Shown here piece after piece: positions 1 through 11,209 of a stretch of DNA of 64,000 nt. The notes under the pieces were generated by a model. That model was not told the DNA's origin. It searched no databases and saw nothing but the letters and a program-made list of their open reading frames with translations. Source of the DNA: Negaprion brevirostris (Eukaryota); the NCBI GenBank assembly GCA_030324005.1, contig JARDVH010000001.1, positions 106,857,389-106,921,388 of the forward strand. The letters are read 5' to 3'. The translations under genes were made by a program, and so were the position numbers. The number at the start of each line of letters is the position of its first letter. The stretch's first letter is position 1.

Positions 1-1
1 A

Positions 2-346
2 GTCTTTGACAAACTCCGTGCCTGCTCCTCAGTCACAGTGGCATGGTTGGGCACACAGGAACGAAACAAGTTCTGTGTTTATAAAAAACTTGTGGAGAAC
101 AGCTACAGCGAAGAGCAGAAGAAAAGAGAGCAGAACCAATGTATTGGGCCAGATATCAGAAAGAAATCTGAGAAGGTGGTCTGCAAATATTTCCACAGTC
201 ATATCCTACAGAAAGCAGTGACCACAGAGACAATCAGAGGACTACAGCCAGGCAAATCGTACCTTCTGGATGTTTATGTCATAGGACATGGGGGACACTC
301 TGTCAAATATCAGAGTAAACTGGTCAAAACAAGGAGGTCTTGTTAG
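2..346 (+). CDS. NDNF: Neuron-derived neurotrophic factor, 3' part of terminal coding exon (C-terminal FN3 region); 5'-partial
   Basis: Open frame from base 2 reads VFDKLRACSSVTVAWLGTQERNKFCVYKK...EQNQCIGPDIRKKSEKVVCKYFHS...LQPGKSYLLDVYVIGHGGHSVKYQSKLVKTRRSC*, near-identical to the recalled vertebrate NDNF C-terminus. TAG at 344-346. NDNF upstream of PRDM5 matches human synteny. Confidence 0.96.
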   Translation, partial: VFDKLRACSSVTVAWLGTQERNKFCVYKKLVENSYSEEQKKREQNQCIGPDIRKKSEKVVCKYFHSHILQKAVTTETIRGLQPGKSYLLDVYVIGHGGHSVKYQSKLVKTRRSC

Positions 347-1090
347 TGACTCCATGTATAGACTCAAAACTTTATTGAACTATGAACATTATTTCACTAG
401 ATGAAAATATACAGACTGACTACTTATACAGCCGAGATGTTGCAACATGTATTTGTACTATTTAGAAAGATATCAACTTGTATATTTATGTTTACATAAT
501 TCCGTGGTTATTTGAAGAGACTGACCCCGATGCACTCAGATGACAGTGGGCCTTTGCAGTTGCATGACTGCAAGTCCTTTGTCACAGCTGACGTTGAATA
601 AGAATGGTCTACAGTGGCAGGCGATTGCTCAAGTACTGTCAGTTTTTGGACCTCTACACTGCATGAACTGCATCTAAATTATTTCACCTTCCAAGCCGCT
701 TCAAATTAGCTGCCCTGTTAATCGTACATGCAATATAGAACATAGAAAATCTGTAAATTATTTTATAAGAATAAAGTTCAGTCTTAAATGTCTATGTTTT
801 TATGATTGTAAACTTTAAGAATCATGCCCATTAAAATACAATTCTAACTATCTGTTTCATGATGCTCTGGATCAGTTTCTAATCAGTTTTGATGCTTGGC
901 ATCAAAAACATTTGCATTGGTGCTTTCTTTACAAGGATGCATCATGCACGCAAGTTTTGGTGACCTCATCAGGTGTTTTTGCATCATGCATCACATCTGT
1001 TTGGTGTTTCATATTTATTGAAGCTCTTCAATAAAACTCATTCATTGTTTCTTGTGTCTTATGTAGCAATAAATATGAAAAATAAAACTG
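347..1090 (+). other. NDNF: NDNF 3'UTR with candidate polyadenylation signals
   Basis: AT-rich sequence after the stop. AATAAA at 770-775, at 1030-1035 (followed by the GT-rich ttgtttcttgtgtctt), and at ~1068 and 1081. Confidence 0.55.
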
Positions 1091-1334
1091 GAAGAATGCA
1101 ATGATAAAGTGGCAGTAATACATAAGACAAATCACATTGCTATGTTGGTTTTGAGTATGGGGTAAAACTGAAAGGATAATTAAATATGTCACTAATTAAG
1201 CATGTAACTGTGATAGTAGATTGGCATTTAAACATGCAGTGACAATCTAATAAGAAATATAAAAGGTACTTTTAAATAACAATCAGTTCATGTATGGTTG
1301 ATAGAAAATGGGTTAAAAAGAACGGAAAAGAAAT

Positions 1335-2110
1335 AAGAACTTGCATTGAAAAGTCCAAAAACTTTCATACATAATAAAGCACAGCCACTATTGTTACATG
1401 GATAAACACAACAGCCCATTTACACACACCCAGGTCCCACAAATAGGAATTAGGGAAAGAACAATAATTTATTGCGCACCTTAAATGTAGCAAAATGCAC
1501 CAAGAGAGCTCACAGGAGTGTAATCAACCAAAAATTGACCTGAAGCCAAAGAAGTTCACACCAGGACAAGTGGACAAAAGTTTGGCCAGAGCAAAGGCAG
1601 GGAAGGGTGGTAGGGTTTTAGCAGTATCTCCAAGGAGAAAAGAGAGGTAAAGTGGTAGAGAATTTGAAGGAAATTCCAGAACACTGGATCTGGACAGCTG
1701 AGGACAAGGCCACCAATGGTGAGGCAAAGGAAGTGGGAGGTGCCCAGGAAATGCATTACTTAAAAGTAGAGTGGAGGAAGATTGAATAGCATATTTCAAA
1801 GGGAAATCGAATTTGGACTTGAAAAGGAAATAGTGACCAAGCTACTTGGAAAAAGCAGAGGAGTGGGATTAATTGGATGATTTTTCAAAGAACTGGCATA
1901 AACACAAGGAGTCCACATGGCCACTTTCTGTACTGTGTGATCTTATGGTCCAATGATGATTCTAAGAGCCAGCAGTTGGAAGAATGCAGAACTCTTGAAG
2001 CTACTGGGTTGGAAAGAAGTTACAGAGATGGGGATGTGTGAAGTGATCAATGGGTTTGAACACAACATTGAGATTTTGAAATTGAAACATTGATGGATGG
2101 GGAGCAATAA
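1335..2110 (-). mobile_element. Composite old repeats: DeuSINE/SacSINE-like 3' piece, L2-type LINE 3' fragment (minus) and a short CR1 3' end (~1790-1945, plus)
   Basis: Resembles the reverse complement of the L2-like 3' segment at 11600-11930. CR1-type ending ...tggccactttctgtactgtgtgatcttatg. Confidence 0.45.
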
Positions 2111-2554
2111 TATAGTTNNNNNNNNNNNNNNNNNNNNNNNNNNNNNNNNNNNNNNNNNNNNNNNNNNNNNNNNNNNNNNNNNNNNNNNNNNNNNNNNNNN
2201 NNNNNNNNNNNNNNNNNNNNNNNNNNNNNNNNNNNNNNNNNNNNNNNNNNNNNNNNNNNNNNNNNNNNNNNNNNNNNNNNNNNNNNNNNNNNNNNNNNNN
2301 NNNNNNNNNNNNNNNNNNNNNNNNNNNNNNNNNNNNNNNNNNNNNNNNNNNNNNNNNNNNNNNNNNNNNNNNNNNNNNNNNNNNNNNNNNNNNNNNNNNN
2401 NNNNNNNNNNNNNNNNNNNNNNNNNNNNNNNNNNNNNNNNNNNNNNNNNNNNNNNNNNNNNNNNNNNNNNNNNNNNNNNNNNNNNNNNNNNNNNNNNNNN
2501 NNNNNNNNNNNNNNNNNNNNNNNNNNNNNNNNNNNNNNNNNNNNNNNNNNNNNA

Positions 2555-2670
2555 AATTGGCTGCCATATTTCTGACATTCCAACAATGATTATGCTTCAA
2601 AAGTGTTTCATTGGCTGTGAAGAGCTTTGGGACAACCCCTGATCTTGAAAAACGTGATACAAATTTCCAC
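2555..2670 (+). mobile_element. DeuSINE/SacSINE-like SINE 3' end
   Basis: aaattggctgcc...cttcaaaagtgtttcattggctgtgaagagctttgggac matches the reverse complement of the start of the 35265-35630 copy. The 5' part is lost in a gap. Confidence 0.5.
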
Positions 2671-2971
2671 GAAATGTTTATTAGTACTCTGTAAGGACTT
2701 TGCTGTTTTGGGTAACTACACTTACAATCTTGATTATGCATCACCTGAATTTGATGGGTATAACAGAATACATATTCAAGAATTAACAGTCACTTTGTAA
2801 ATTATGGTGAATTTAAACTCTTACTTCCAAAGATCAGTCAATGACTGTAACTTCCTCAATTACAGNNNNNNNNNNATTCTGTGAAAACAGTATTTTAGAC
2901 AGGCCAGGCTCTTATTTTGTGCAATTATTCACCTTAAAACCAAAAATTGTTGGTCTCTGAGGATTGGGTTT

Positions 2972-3245
2972 AAAGTTTATTTATTAGTCACAAATAAGGC
3001 TTACGTCAACACTGCAATGAAGTTACTGTGAAATTCCTCTAGTCGCCACAGTCCTGTGCCTGTTCAGATCAATGCACCTAACCAGCACATCTTTCATACT
3101 GTGGGAGGNNNNNNNNNNAGAAGAAACTTATGCAGACACAGGGAGAACGTGCAAACTCCACACAGACAGTGACCTGAGGCCAGAATTGAACCTGGGACCC
3201 TGGCACTGTGAGGCAGCAGTGATAACTACTGTGCCACTGTGTCAT
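2972..3245 (-). mobile_element. tRNA-derived V-SINE (HE1-like), tail type B
   Basis: Reverse complement of the head ...cacagtggcacagtagttatcactgctgcctcacagtgccagggtcccaggttcaattc, the V-domain core and the gcgactag...gtaagcc...ttgtgactaataaataaac tail. Confidence 0.85.
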
Positions 3246-4769
3246 CCTGGCTTAAAGTTTAAAAGCTTTAAAACTTCAAAATTTTAAATTTTAAAACTTT
3301 TTTAAACAGTCAAGAAAAGAAAATGTACAAGTGCCATTTAATCTCTTGAATTACATTATAAATTTCTCCAACACCTCAGTCAAACTTTGCATGCTACTAT
3401 AAAATAGAACGTTGTGGAAACATTCAGTAGATCAGGCAGAATCTGTGGAAAAAAGTTAGAGTTAATGGGCCGAATTTCAACTACCAAGGGGAGGTGGACA
3501 TATGTCCATTTTCGAGTTAACATTGATCCCACCACTTCCAGTTTGCTGTGCATAGGCTTGCAGGTGAGGGGGTGCCCCCCACCCCCACCCACTAGCCATC
3601 AGGTAAGTAATTAAAATATTCAAATCAATCATTTGTTTGAATTTAACCCTTCTCTCAGGCTTTGATAGCTGGTTCCCTGAGCTCTCTGCATTCCATCAAG
3701 GTCCAAGAAATGAAAGCACAGTGAGGAGTGATTTATTTAATGAAATTATTTGTTGGGAAGCCTTTAAAGGCTGAAACTGCTAAACTGATGGTTAGCCAAA
3801 GTGAACAGCTTGTGTTTGCAGGATAACTTCTGTCAGTCTGAAATCATGACTTTGAGTGTCACTTTCAACTTCTTGCAGTAACCGTCAAGTGGCTTGAAAT
3901 TTACTCACCTCCATCACTATTTCCTTGCTCTCAGCCTTCACTGCAGTATGGGAGTTACCTATGCAGCAGTAACCTGGAGCTCCAAGGAAAAGCAACAGGA
4001 TCAATCACACCAGTAGCAGCAACAGCAAGACTACTGGCAACAGTTGCAGCTGTTTTCCCCACAGCCACAGATCTTCATTCTACATGACAGAGAGAATGGA
4101 CAGCGAGCTCCATGTCGAAAGAGGTAATACCCTCAGTATAGGGTTGACAGAGCATGAGCTTCCTCAACATGACTCAGCAACAGTGCCTCAGGCTTTCACT
4201 GCAGGTCATTGCTGACATCTGCAGTCTCCAGGCACCAGATCTCTTTTCCTGAGGACCAGGTGGACACACATTCTCCGTGGCCGTCAAGACTCTCACAATC
4301 CAGAATTTCTTCACCTTCAGCTCCTTCCAGGGATGTGCTGGTGACATCTCACAACTAGCAGTCAGAGGTCACTCCCAGGTTGCCAATACCTTGTTTTCCA
4401 AGGCCACCAGTTAGATGAACTTTGCCATGAATGAGTCCAATCAAAGCCAAGGGCTGTCAGCTTTGCTCCCTTGGCTGGATTCCCAAAAGTGTAGGGTATG
4501 ATCGATTACCCACACACCGAAGCGGCATCCATATGCATTCTTTTTAGGTAAAACCAATTAAACAAACATAGGACAAATTAAAAGAGCAGCCCCTTAAAGC
4601 GATACCACGTCAAACAAAATCAAATCATAGGAAAACTTTAAAACAATTGAGCCAAAATGTGACTAACACAGTTGACAAAACACCCCAGACCCTTATTGTG
4701 CCCCCAGGGTAAGGTACATTCATTTATAGTCGTGTCACCTGTCTTTAACAATTTAATTGGCTTAACAAG

Positions 4770-5030
4770 GGCAACACAGCGGCACAGTGGCTAGCACAGT
4801 TGCCTCACAGTGCCGGGAACCTAGGTTCAATTCCGGCCCTGGGTGAATGTCTGTGTGGAACCTGCACGTTTTTCCTGTGGTCTGCGTGAGTTTACTCCGG
4901 GTGCTCCGGTTTTCTCCCACAGTCCAAAGATACGCAGGTTAGTTGGATTGGCCTTGCTAAATTTCCTCTGAGTGTCAGGGGGACCAATGGGCGAAATAGC
5001 CTCTTTCTGCAATGTAGGGATTCTAGTAAT
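4770..5030 (+). mobile_element. V-SINE (HE1-like), tail type A (CR1-like), nested in the Harbinger element
   Basis: tRNA-like head ggcacagtggctagcacagttgcctcacagtgccgggaacctaggttcaattcc, core gggtgctccggttttctcccacagtccaaaga, ending tgtagggattcta. Confidence 0.85.
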
Positions 5031-5489
5031 CCATTTACCTCAGATCAGCCATAAGTCTTCAGCAACATTAAGGGATTCCACTCCCTCGAAGTCTTGTTAG
5101 TTTCCAATGATTGGAAGGTGATCATCCATGCCTATGCCAGATACCTTGAGTAGGAATGTCTCATTTCTTCTGTGACAATCTCCTGCAATTTTGTTTTCTG
5201 TCATACAGTCACAGTGGCTGGATCCTGGGAAATAAGGGGTACCCACTGAAACCCTTGCTGCTGCCTTCTGTGAGGAGCCCTAACACTGTGACACAGAATA
5301 TACAGGATAGGAGCCAAATCATCACCAAGTCAATAATAGAACAACCCACTGGACTCAACAAGGTGTGTGCTCCAAGTAGCTGGGCAGATNNNNNNNNNNN
5401 NNNNNNNNNNNNNNNNNNNNNNNNNNNNNNNNNNNNNNNNNNNNNNNNNNNNNNNNNNNNNNNNNNNNNNNNNNNNNNNNNNNNNNNNN

Positions 5490-5806
5490 GCATAATTAAG
5501 GACCCAACACACCCCGGACATTCTCTCTTCCACCTTCTTCTGTTGGGAAAAATTTACCAAAGTCTAAGGACACGTACCAACTGACTCAAGAACGGCTTCT
5601 TTGCTGCTACCATCAGACTTTTGAATGCACCTATGTCACACTAAGTTGATCTTTCTCTACACTCTAGCTATGACTGTAACACTACATTCTGCACCCTCGC
5701 CTTTCCTTCTATATGAACCATATATTGTGTACGTGTAGTGCACAAGAAATAACACTTTTCACTGTATATTAATATATGTGACAACAATAAATCAAACAAA
5801 TCAAAT
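5490..5806 (+). mobile_element. Rex1/Babar-type LINE 3' end
   Basis: IIKDPTHPGHSLFHLL..GK.YQSLRTRTN*LKNGFFAATIRLLN is the typical Rex1/Babar ORF C-terminus. It is followed by a 3'UTR, aataaa and a (caaat)n-like tail. Confidence 0.75.
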
Positions 5807-6710
5807 CAAAGGAAGGCATCATTGGCATTTACCAGGACTACAGCTACTACTGATGCCTTCCTGGCACCAGGTTCACAAGACAAGATGATCAAGGCCCATG
5901 GACCTCTGGGGCAGGTAAGCTGGGGGCTTGGGAAGGATAGGGAGAGGGCAAGGGTAGGAAGGAAAGAGATAGAACTAAGGAAGAGGGGGCATCCCACAAA
6001 GTGAAGGTCACAAAGAGTGACCTTCCTCCTTAGATATGACAAAGTAGTGTATTAACAGAGCAATTAGCTTGATTACAAGCTTAATTGACCCCTGATTATT
6101 CATTTCAATTTGGTGGGCAGACAGTCAATTTTGAGGTACGCATCTTTAAATAGGGAGAGATTGAGAGCCATGGGAAGGTGGTGGGATGAGTGCTGGGTGC
6201 CTGTCCCATTTTACATGCTCCCCCTCCCGCCATGGTAAACACATTCACTAGGGGCAGATAAAATTCAGCCCTTTGTATTGTTCTCCATTGGAACTGGAAA
6301 CAGAGCTAAAACAGGCATAAATGCAGCAGCAGAAATATTAACACAGCAGTGGTCAATGCAGAAGAGAGTGCAACACAAAAAGTGCAAAAGCTGGGAATTT
6401 AGCACAAGTAGAAATTCAGGGGGTGAAAGGTTCTGCTTTTAGGCTCCAATATTTATAGGTTTTGTTGTAAACAAATATGTAGTTTAATCTATGATTTTAG
6501 CTTGATCAAACAAAATACAAAAAAAGCCATAAGCTAATTTGCAGAATGCTTAGACAAATGAATTAAATAAATAGAGCAGTTACGTAAAAATGGCAGTGCT
6601 GCAACTGTAGCATGTGGGGAGTTGGTTGTGGAGAGCATTATAATACCAAAGAACCATGTCTACATCCTGAGCATCTTCAGCCAAGACTCATCGAGCTGCC
6701 TGGAGTCTGA

Positions 6711-8496
6711 TGATGTGGAGATGCCAGCGTTGGACTGGGGTAAACACGGTAAGAAGTCTCACAACACTAGGTTAAAGTCCAACAGGTTTGTTTGGTAGCA
6801 AAAGCCACTACATTTTGGAACACTGCCCCTTTGTCATGTAAGTCAGTCTCTTTCCCTTTAAAGATGCGTGCCTCAAAATCGACTGTCTGCCCACCAAATT
6901 GAAATGAATAATCAGAGTTCAATTAAGCTTGTTATCAAGCTAATTGCTCCTGTTAATATACTACTATATTGTATTTAAGGAGGAAGGTCACTGTTTGGAA
7001 CCTTTCCTTTGTGGCTTGCCCCTCTTCCTTCTTACTCTTACCCTGCCCCTCTCCTTCCCAAAACCCCAGGCTTACTTGCTCTGGAGGTCCATGGGCCTTG
7101 ACGAAGAGNNNNNNNNNNNNNNNNNNNNNNNNNNNNNNNNNNNNNNNNNNNNNNNNNNNNNNNNNNNNNNNNNNNNNNNNNNNNNNNNNNNNNNNNNNNN
7201 NNNNNNNNTTGTTCAGTTGGCTGGATGGCTGGTTAAAACAGTAAGAAGTCTCACAACACCAGGTTAAAGTCCAATGGTTTATTTGGTAGCAAAAGCTTTC
7301 GGAGCACTGCTCCTTCTTCAGGTGAGTGGGAGTTCTGTTCACAAACAGGGCATATAAAGACTCAAACTCAATTTACAAAATAATGATTGGAATGCGAGTC
7401 TTTACAGATAATCAACTCTTAAAGGTACAGACAGTGTGAGCGGAGAGAGGGTTAAACACAGGTTAAAGAGATGTGTATTGCCTCCAGCCAGGACAGTTAG
7501 TTAGATTTTGCAAGCCCAGGCAAGTAGTGGGGGTTACAGATAGTGTGACATGAACACAAGATACCAGTTGAGGCTGTCCTCATGTGCACGGAACTTGGCT
7601 ATTTGTCTCTGCTCAATGACTCTGCGTTGTCGTGTGTTGTGAAGGCCGCCTTGGAGAACGCTTATCCGAAGATCAGAGGCTGAATGCCCGTGACCACTGA
7701 AGTATTTCCCAACAGGAAAAGAACATTCTTGCTGCAAGCCTTCAGAAGAACAGTGACCGCGACACCATGCAACACTGCCGCGGCAACCTCAGCAAGACGC
7801 GCCAGATCATTGACTCGGATGCCATCATTTCACATGAGAACACCATCCACCAGGTACACTGTACATACACTTGCAACTCAGCCAACGTTGTCTCCCCAGT
7901 TCGCTGCAGGAAAGGATATCCCAAGGCATGGTACATCGGGGGGAACATGCAGACGCTACGACAATGGATGAATGAACACCGCTCAACAGTCACCAGGCAA
8001 GAATGTTCTCTTCCTGTTGGGAAATACTTCAGTGGTCACGGACATTCAGCCTCTGATCTTCGGGTAAACGTTCTCCAAGGCGGCCTTCACGACACATGAC
8101 AATGCAGAGTTGCTGAGCAGAGACTGATAGCCAATTTCCACACAAATGAGGACGGTCTCAACCGGGATCTTATGTTCATGTCACACCATCTGTAACCCCC
8201 AGGACTTGCCTGAGCTTGCAAAATCTCACTAACTGTACTGGTTGGAGATAATACACATCTCTTTAACCTGTGTTTAACCCTCTCTCCGCTTATATTGTCT
8301 GTACCTTTAAGATTTGATTTCCTGTAAAGACTCGCATTCCAATCATTATTTTGTAAATTGAGTTTGTGTCTTTATACGCCCTGTTTGTGAATAGAACTCC
8401 CACTTATCTGACGAAGGGGCAGCGCTCCAAAAGCTAGTGGCTTTTGCTACCAAATAAACCTGTTGGACTTTAACCTGGTGTTGTGAGACTTCTTAC
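6711..8496. mobile_element. Penelope-like element (family 1), composite inverted insertion with GIY-YIG endonuclease remnant
   Basis: Direct repeat ctggagtctgatg at 6700-6712 and 8496-8508 (TSD). Arms 7241-7737 and ~7995-8496 are inverted copies. 7767-8195 encodes YTCNSANVV...WYIG...TLRQWMNEHR...GLNRD (GIY-YIG), with one internal stop. Confidence 0.9.
7767..8195 (+). pseudogene. GIY-YIG endonuclease C-terminal fragment of the Penelope-like element
   Basis: ORF 7767-8099 continues past a TGA to TAA at 8193-8195. Motifs are NVV(Y)..C..YIG..R..EH and terminal GLNRD. Confidence 0.85.
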
Positions 8497-8901
8497 TGGA
8501 GTCTGATGTACAGACAGTAGGGGGCACCAGGGTGGGGGACAGTTACCTGGACACTGGTCCAGGAAGCAGTCCCACCCCTCTTAGGCAACAATTTAACTGA
8601 CAAGTTGGATGTCCCAAATCAATGACTCTTGTACTCTGAGCCTAATGCAGGCTTCTTAGGTACACTCCTGCTTCTTATTCCTTTTATTTTAGCAGAAATG
8701 TGTTGAGATACAGATTGCGATCTGTTTTTATCTTTTTTTAAAACCAGGTAAAGTTTGATCTCCTGTACTCACGGTGAAGAAATATACTTTCTCAATGTGC
8801 AAAACCACAAACAAAATTTTTGACACTAATGCTTCTTCACATCCCAGACAAAAAGAAAATGAGTATTTTTGATATTAATGCTTCTTCAGATGCAGCATTT
8901 T

Positions 8902-9290
8902 GGGTGGCATAGTGGCACAGTGGTTGGAATTTTCACCTCACAGTGCTAGGGACCTGGGTTCGATTCCTGGCTTGGGACAGTGTCTGTGCAGAGTGTGCAC
9001 TTTCTTCCTATACCTGTGTGGGTTTCCTCCCACAGTCTGACAGACGCATTGGTTAGAGGCATTGGCCATGCTAAAATTCTTCCTCAGTGTACCTGAACAA
9101 TAAGAAGTCTCAAAACACCAGATTGAAGTCCAACAGTTTGCTTGGAATCATGAACTTTCTGAGTGCTGCTGCTTCATCAGGCGGGTGTGAGTGTACCTAA
9201 ACAGGCGCAGGAGTGTGGCCACTAGGAGATTTTCCCAATAACTTCATTGCAGAGTTAATATAAGCCTACTTGTGACACTAATGAAGTTTT
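8902..9290 (+). mobile_element. V-SINE (HE1-like), tail type B, interrupted by a 90-bp Penelope terminal fragment
   Basis: Head gggtggcatagtggcacagtggttgg and tail ggcgcaggagtgtggccactaggag...gcctacttgtgacactaatgaa. Confidence 0.85.
9100..9189 (-). mobile_element. Minimal family-1 Penelope terminal insert with degenerate hammerhead
   Basis: Homologous to 7241-7330. Flanked by agtgtacctgaaca (9086-9099) and agtgtacctaaaca (9190-9203). Minus strand reads cctgatgaagcagcagcactcagaaagttcatg. Confidence 0.8.
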
Positions 9291-9419
9291 AGTCTGTTTA
9301 CACCCTATTCCGCACAATCTTTCCTCAGCTCTGTGCAAATCAGAACTGGATTTTGTTTTGTTTTGTTCATGCTGTGATTATTGCTTTTGTTGAGATACAT
9401 CGCAGTTGAGTAAAAGAGA

Positions 9420-9692
9420 CCTTTGAGAGTGGAGCTGGCACTCACACATTTCTCCAAACCTCCGCTTNNNNNNNNNNAGGGCATCCCGAGCAGGAAGATG
9501 GCAGCTGGGGCGGGGAGGCGAGGAGAACAGCGAGAGTCCTGACACAGAGAGAGAGAGAGAGTGTGAATGGGGAAGCTTCCCCCGCGGTCAACGGCGAGAG
9601 CACTGACTCAGCGACAGTGAGTGAATGGGGGAGCTTCCCCCGCGGCCAGCCCACTCACTGAGCCTCCCGCTGGGCCAATACTCCCGGTCACT
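9420..9692 (+). promoter_or_regulatory. PRDM5: PRDM5 promoter / 5'UTR (GC- and CpG-rich)
   Basis: Local CpG enrichment directly before the ATG. Contains a GC box-like ggggcgggg (~9507), a YY1-like aagatggc (~9495), tgactca (9604-9610) and a duplicated 25-bp palindrome-containing unit. Confidence 0.65.
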
Positions 9693-9756
9693 ATGCTCGG
9701 GATGTATGTACCCGATCGGTTCTCCTTGAAGCCGTCTAAAGTACAAGAAGGAATCG
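9693..9756 (+). CDS. PRDM5: PR/SET domain zinc finger protein 5, coding exon 1 (3' end lost in an N gap; expected to end ~9785)
   Basis: [21 protein letters not shown] matches the PRDM5 N-terminus (human [21 protein letters not shown]). Confidence 0.93.
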
Positions 9757-10244
9757 NNNNNNNNNNNNNNNNNNNNNNNNNNNNNNNNNNNNNNNNNNNN
9801 NNNNNNNNNNNNNNNNNNNNNNNNNNNNNNNNNNNNNNNNNNNNNNNNNNNNNNNNNNNNNNNNNNNNNNNNNNNNNNNNNNNNNNNNNNNNNNNNNNNN
9901 NNNNNNNNNNNNNNNNNNNNNNNNNNNNNNNNNNNNNNNNNNNNNNNNNNNNNNNNNNNNNNNNNNNNNNNNNNNNNNNNNNNNNNNNNNNNNNNNNNNN
10001 NNNNNNNNNNNNNNNNNNNNNNNNNNNNNNNNNNNNNNNNNNNNNNNNNNNNNNNNNNNNNNNNNNNNNNNNNNNNNCACAAAGGCTTTTCTGCTCGAAA
10101 GTTTTCAGTTCAGCCACGAACTATTTTTAAAAATGTCACCCACTCTCCCTCATCACCTAGGTGTTGCCCAATGTCTAGGGGCAGGTACACGCTTGAAATG
10201 TGGCGACTGATGCTGTCTTGTTCTCTGTTTCCAGTATTTCAGTT

Positions 10245-10520
10245 TTAGGTTATTTATTGGTATCACAAGTAGGCTTATATTAACACTACAATGAAATTAC
10301 TGTGAAAATCGCCTAGTTGCCACACTCCAGTGCCTCAGGTACACTGAGGGAGAATTTAGCATGGCCAGTGCACCTAACCAGTGCATGTTTTGAACTGTGG
10401 GAGGAAACTCACGCAGACACAAGGAGAATGTGCAGACTGTGTACAGATAGTGACCCAAGCCGGGAATTAAACCCGGGTCCCTGACAGAGAGGCAGCAGTG
10501 CTGACCACTGTGCCACTGTT
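10245..10520 (-). mobile_element. V-SINE (HE1-like), tail type B
   Basis: Reverse-complement head, core and tail, homologous to the 24235-24525 copy. Confidence 0.85.
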
Positions 10521-10859
10521 TCCAGCGTTTCATGTTTTATTTCAGATTTCCAGCACTTAACACCTTTTCTCTTCATCTTATTTTGAAATAGTTCATTATA
10601 ATAAACTGACATCTCAGATACTGAAAGACCAAATAACTTAGAGATCAGTTAACCTCCTGCACTTTTTTGCTGAAATGTTTTGGATCAAATAACCTTTACT
10701 CACTTGCCTCTGTTCTGCTCATTCTCCAATAAATGATCCAGAATCAAACAAACTCCTTTCAGCTGCACTCTCCTCGATTTCTGTTATCTTGTTGAGATCA
10801 GGTAACTCCTGTCACATCAGGACCTTTGGACTTTCCAGAGTTTGGAAATTCTTTCAGGT

Positions 10860-11175
10860 AAAAGTGCTTTCGGGGTAGATAGGAAGAAACTTTGCCGCAT
10901 AGTAGAGGGGTAAATAACGAGGGGCACAGCTTAAAATAAGGGGCAAGAGATTTAGAGGGGTTTTGAGGAAAAACATTTTCACCTAGTGGCTGGTGGGGAC
11001 TGGAACTTGCAGCCTGAAAGCGTGGAGGCCAGAACCTTCACAACATTTAAAAAACATTTGGATGAGCATTTGAAATGCCATAGCATGTTAAATCACAAAC
11101 CAAATGCTGGAAAATGGGATTAAAATAGATTGGTGCTTGATGACCAGTGCAGACATGTGCTGTGGAGCTCTAAGA
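10860..11175 (+). mobile_element. CR1 LINE 3' fragment
   Basis: RGHSLKIRGKRFRG..RKNIFT-like C-terminal coding remnant followed by a CR1-type 3'UTR. Confidence 0.7.
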
Positions 11176-11209
11176 CCCTATGGTTTTGTGTGAAAACTTA
11201 ATTAAATTA

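Larger units (their letters stand above)
3467..6271 (+). mobile_element. Degenerate PIF/Harbinger DNA transposon (transposase pseudogene) carrying nested SINE and LINE insertions
   Basis: TIR-like ends gggccgaattt (3467) and aaattcagccc (6261-6271). Translated fragments SFLNMTQQQCL..LSLQVIADICSL..GPGGHTFSVAVK..FFTFSSFQG (~4155-4350), LAGFPKV*GMIDYPH (~4470-4515), KGFHSLEV (~5070) and GWILGNKGYPLKPLLL..IIEQ (~5215-5345) follow HARBI1-like DDE transposase motifs in order. Confidence 0.8.

Noticed and set aside
7241-8496. Long inverted repeats read as a DNA transposon or Polinton TIR
   Set aside because: The arms include the end of a GIY-YIG ORF, the TSD length varies among copies and the tail is one-sided, all of which fit Penelope-like retroelements.
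8902-8975. tRNA-like sequences with A/B boxes, many copies
   Set aside because: These are SINE heads continuing into V-domain bodies, not tRNA genes.
9621-9692. N-terminal extension of PRDM5 from GTG at 9621
   Set aside because: The ORF caller used a non-ATG start. Homology begins at ATG 9693 and an in-frame TGA lies at 9618-9620.
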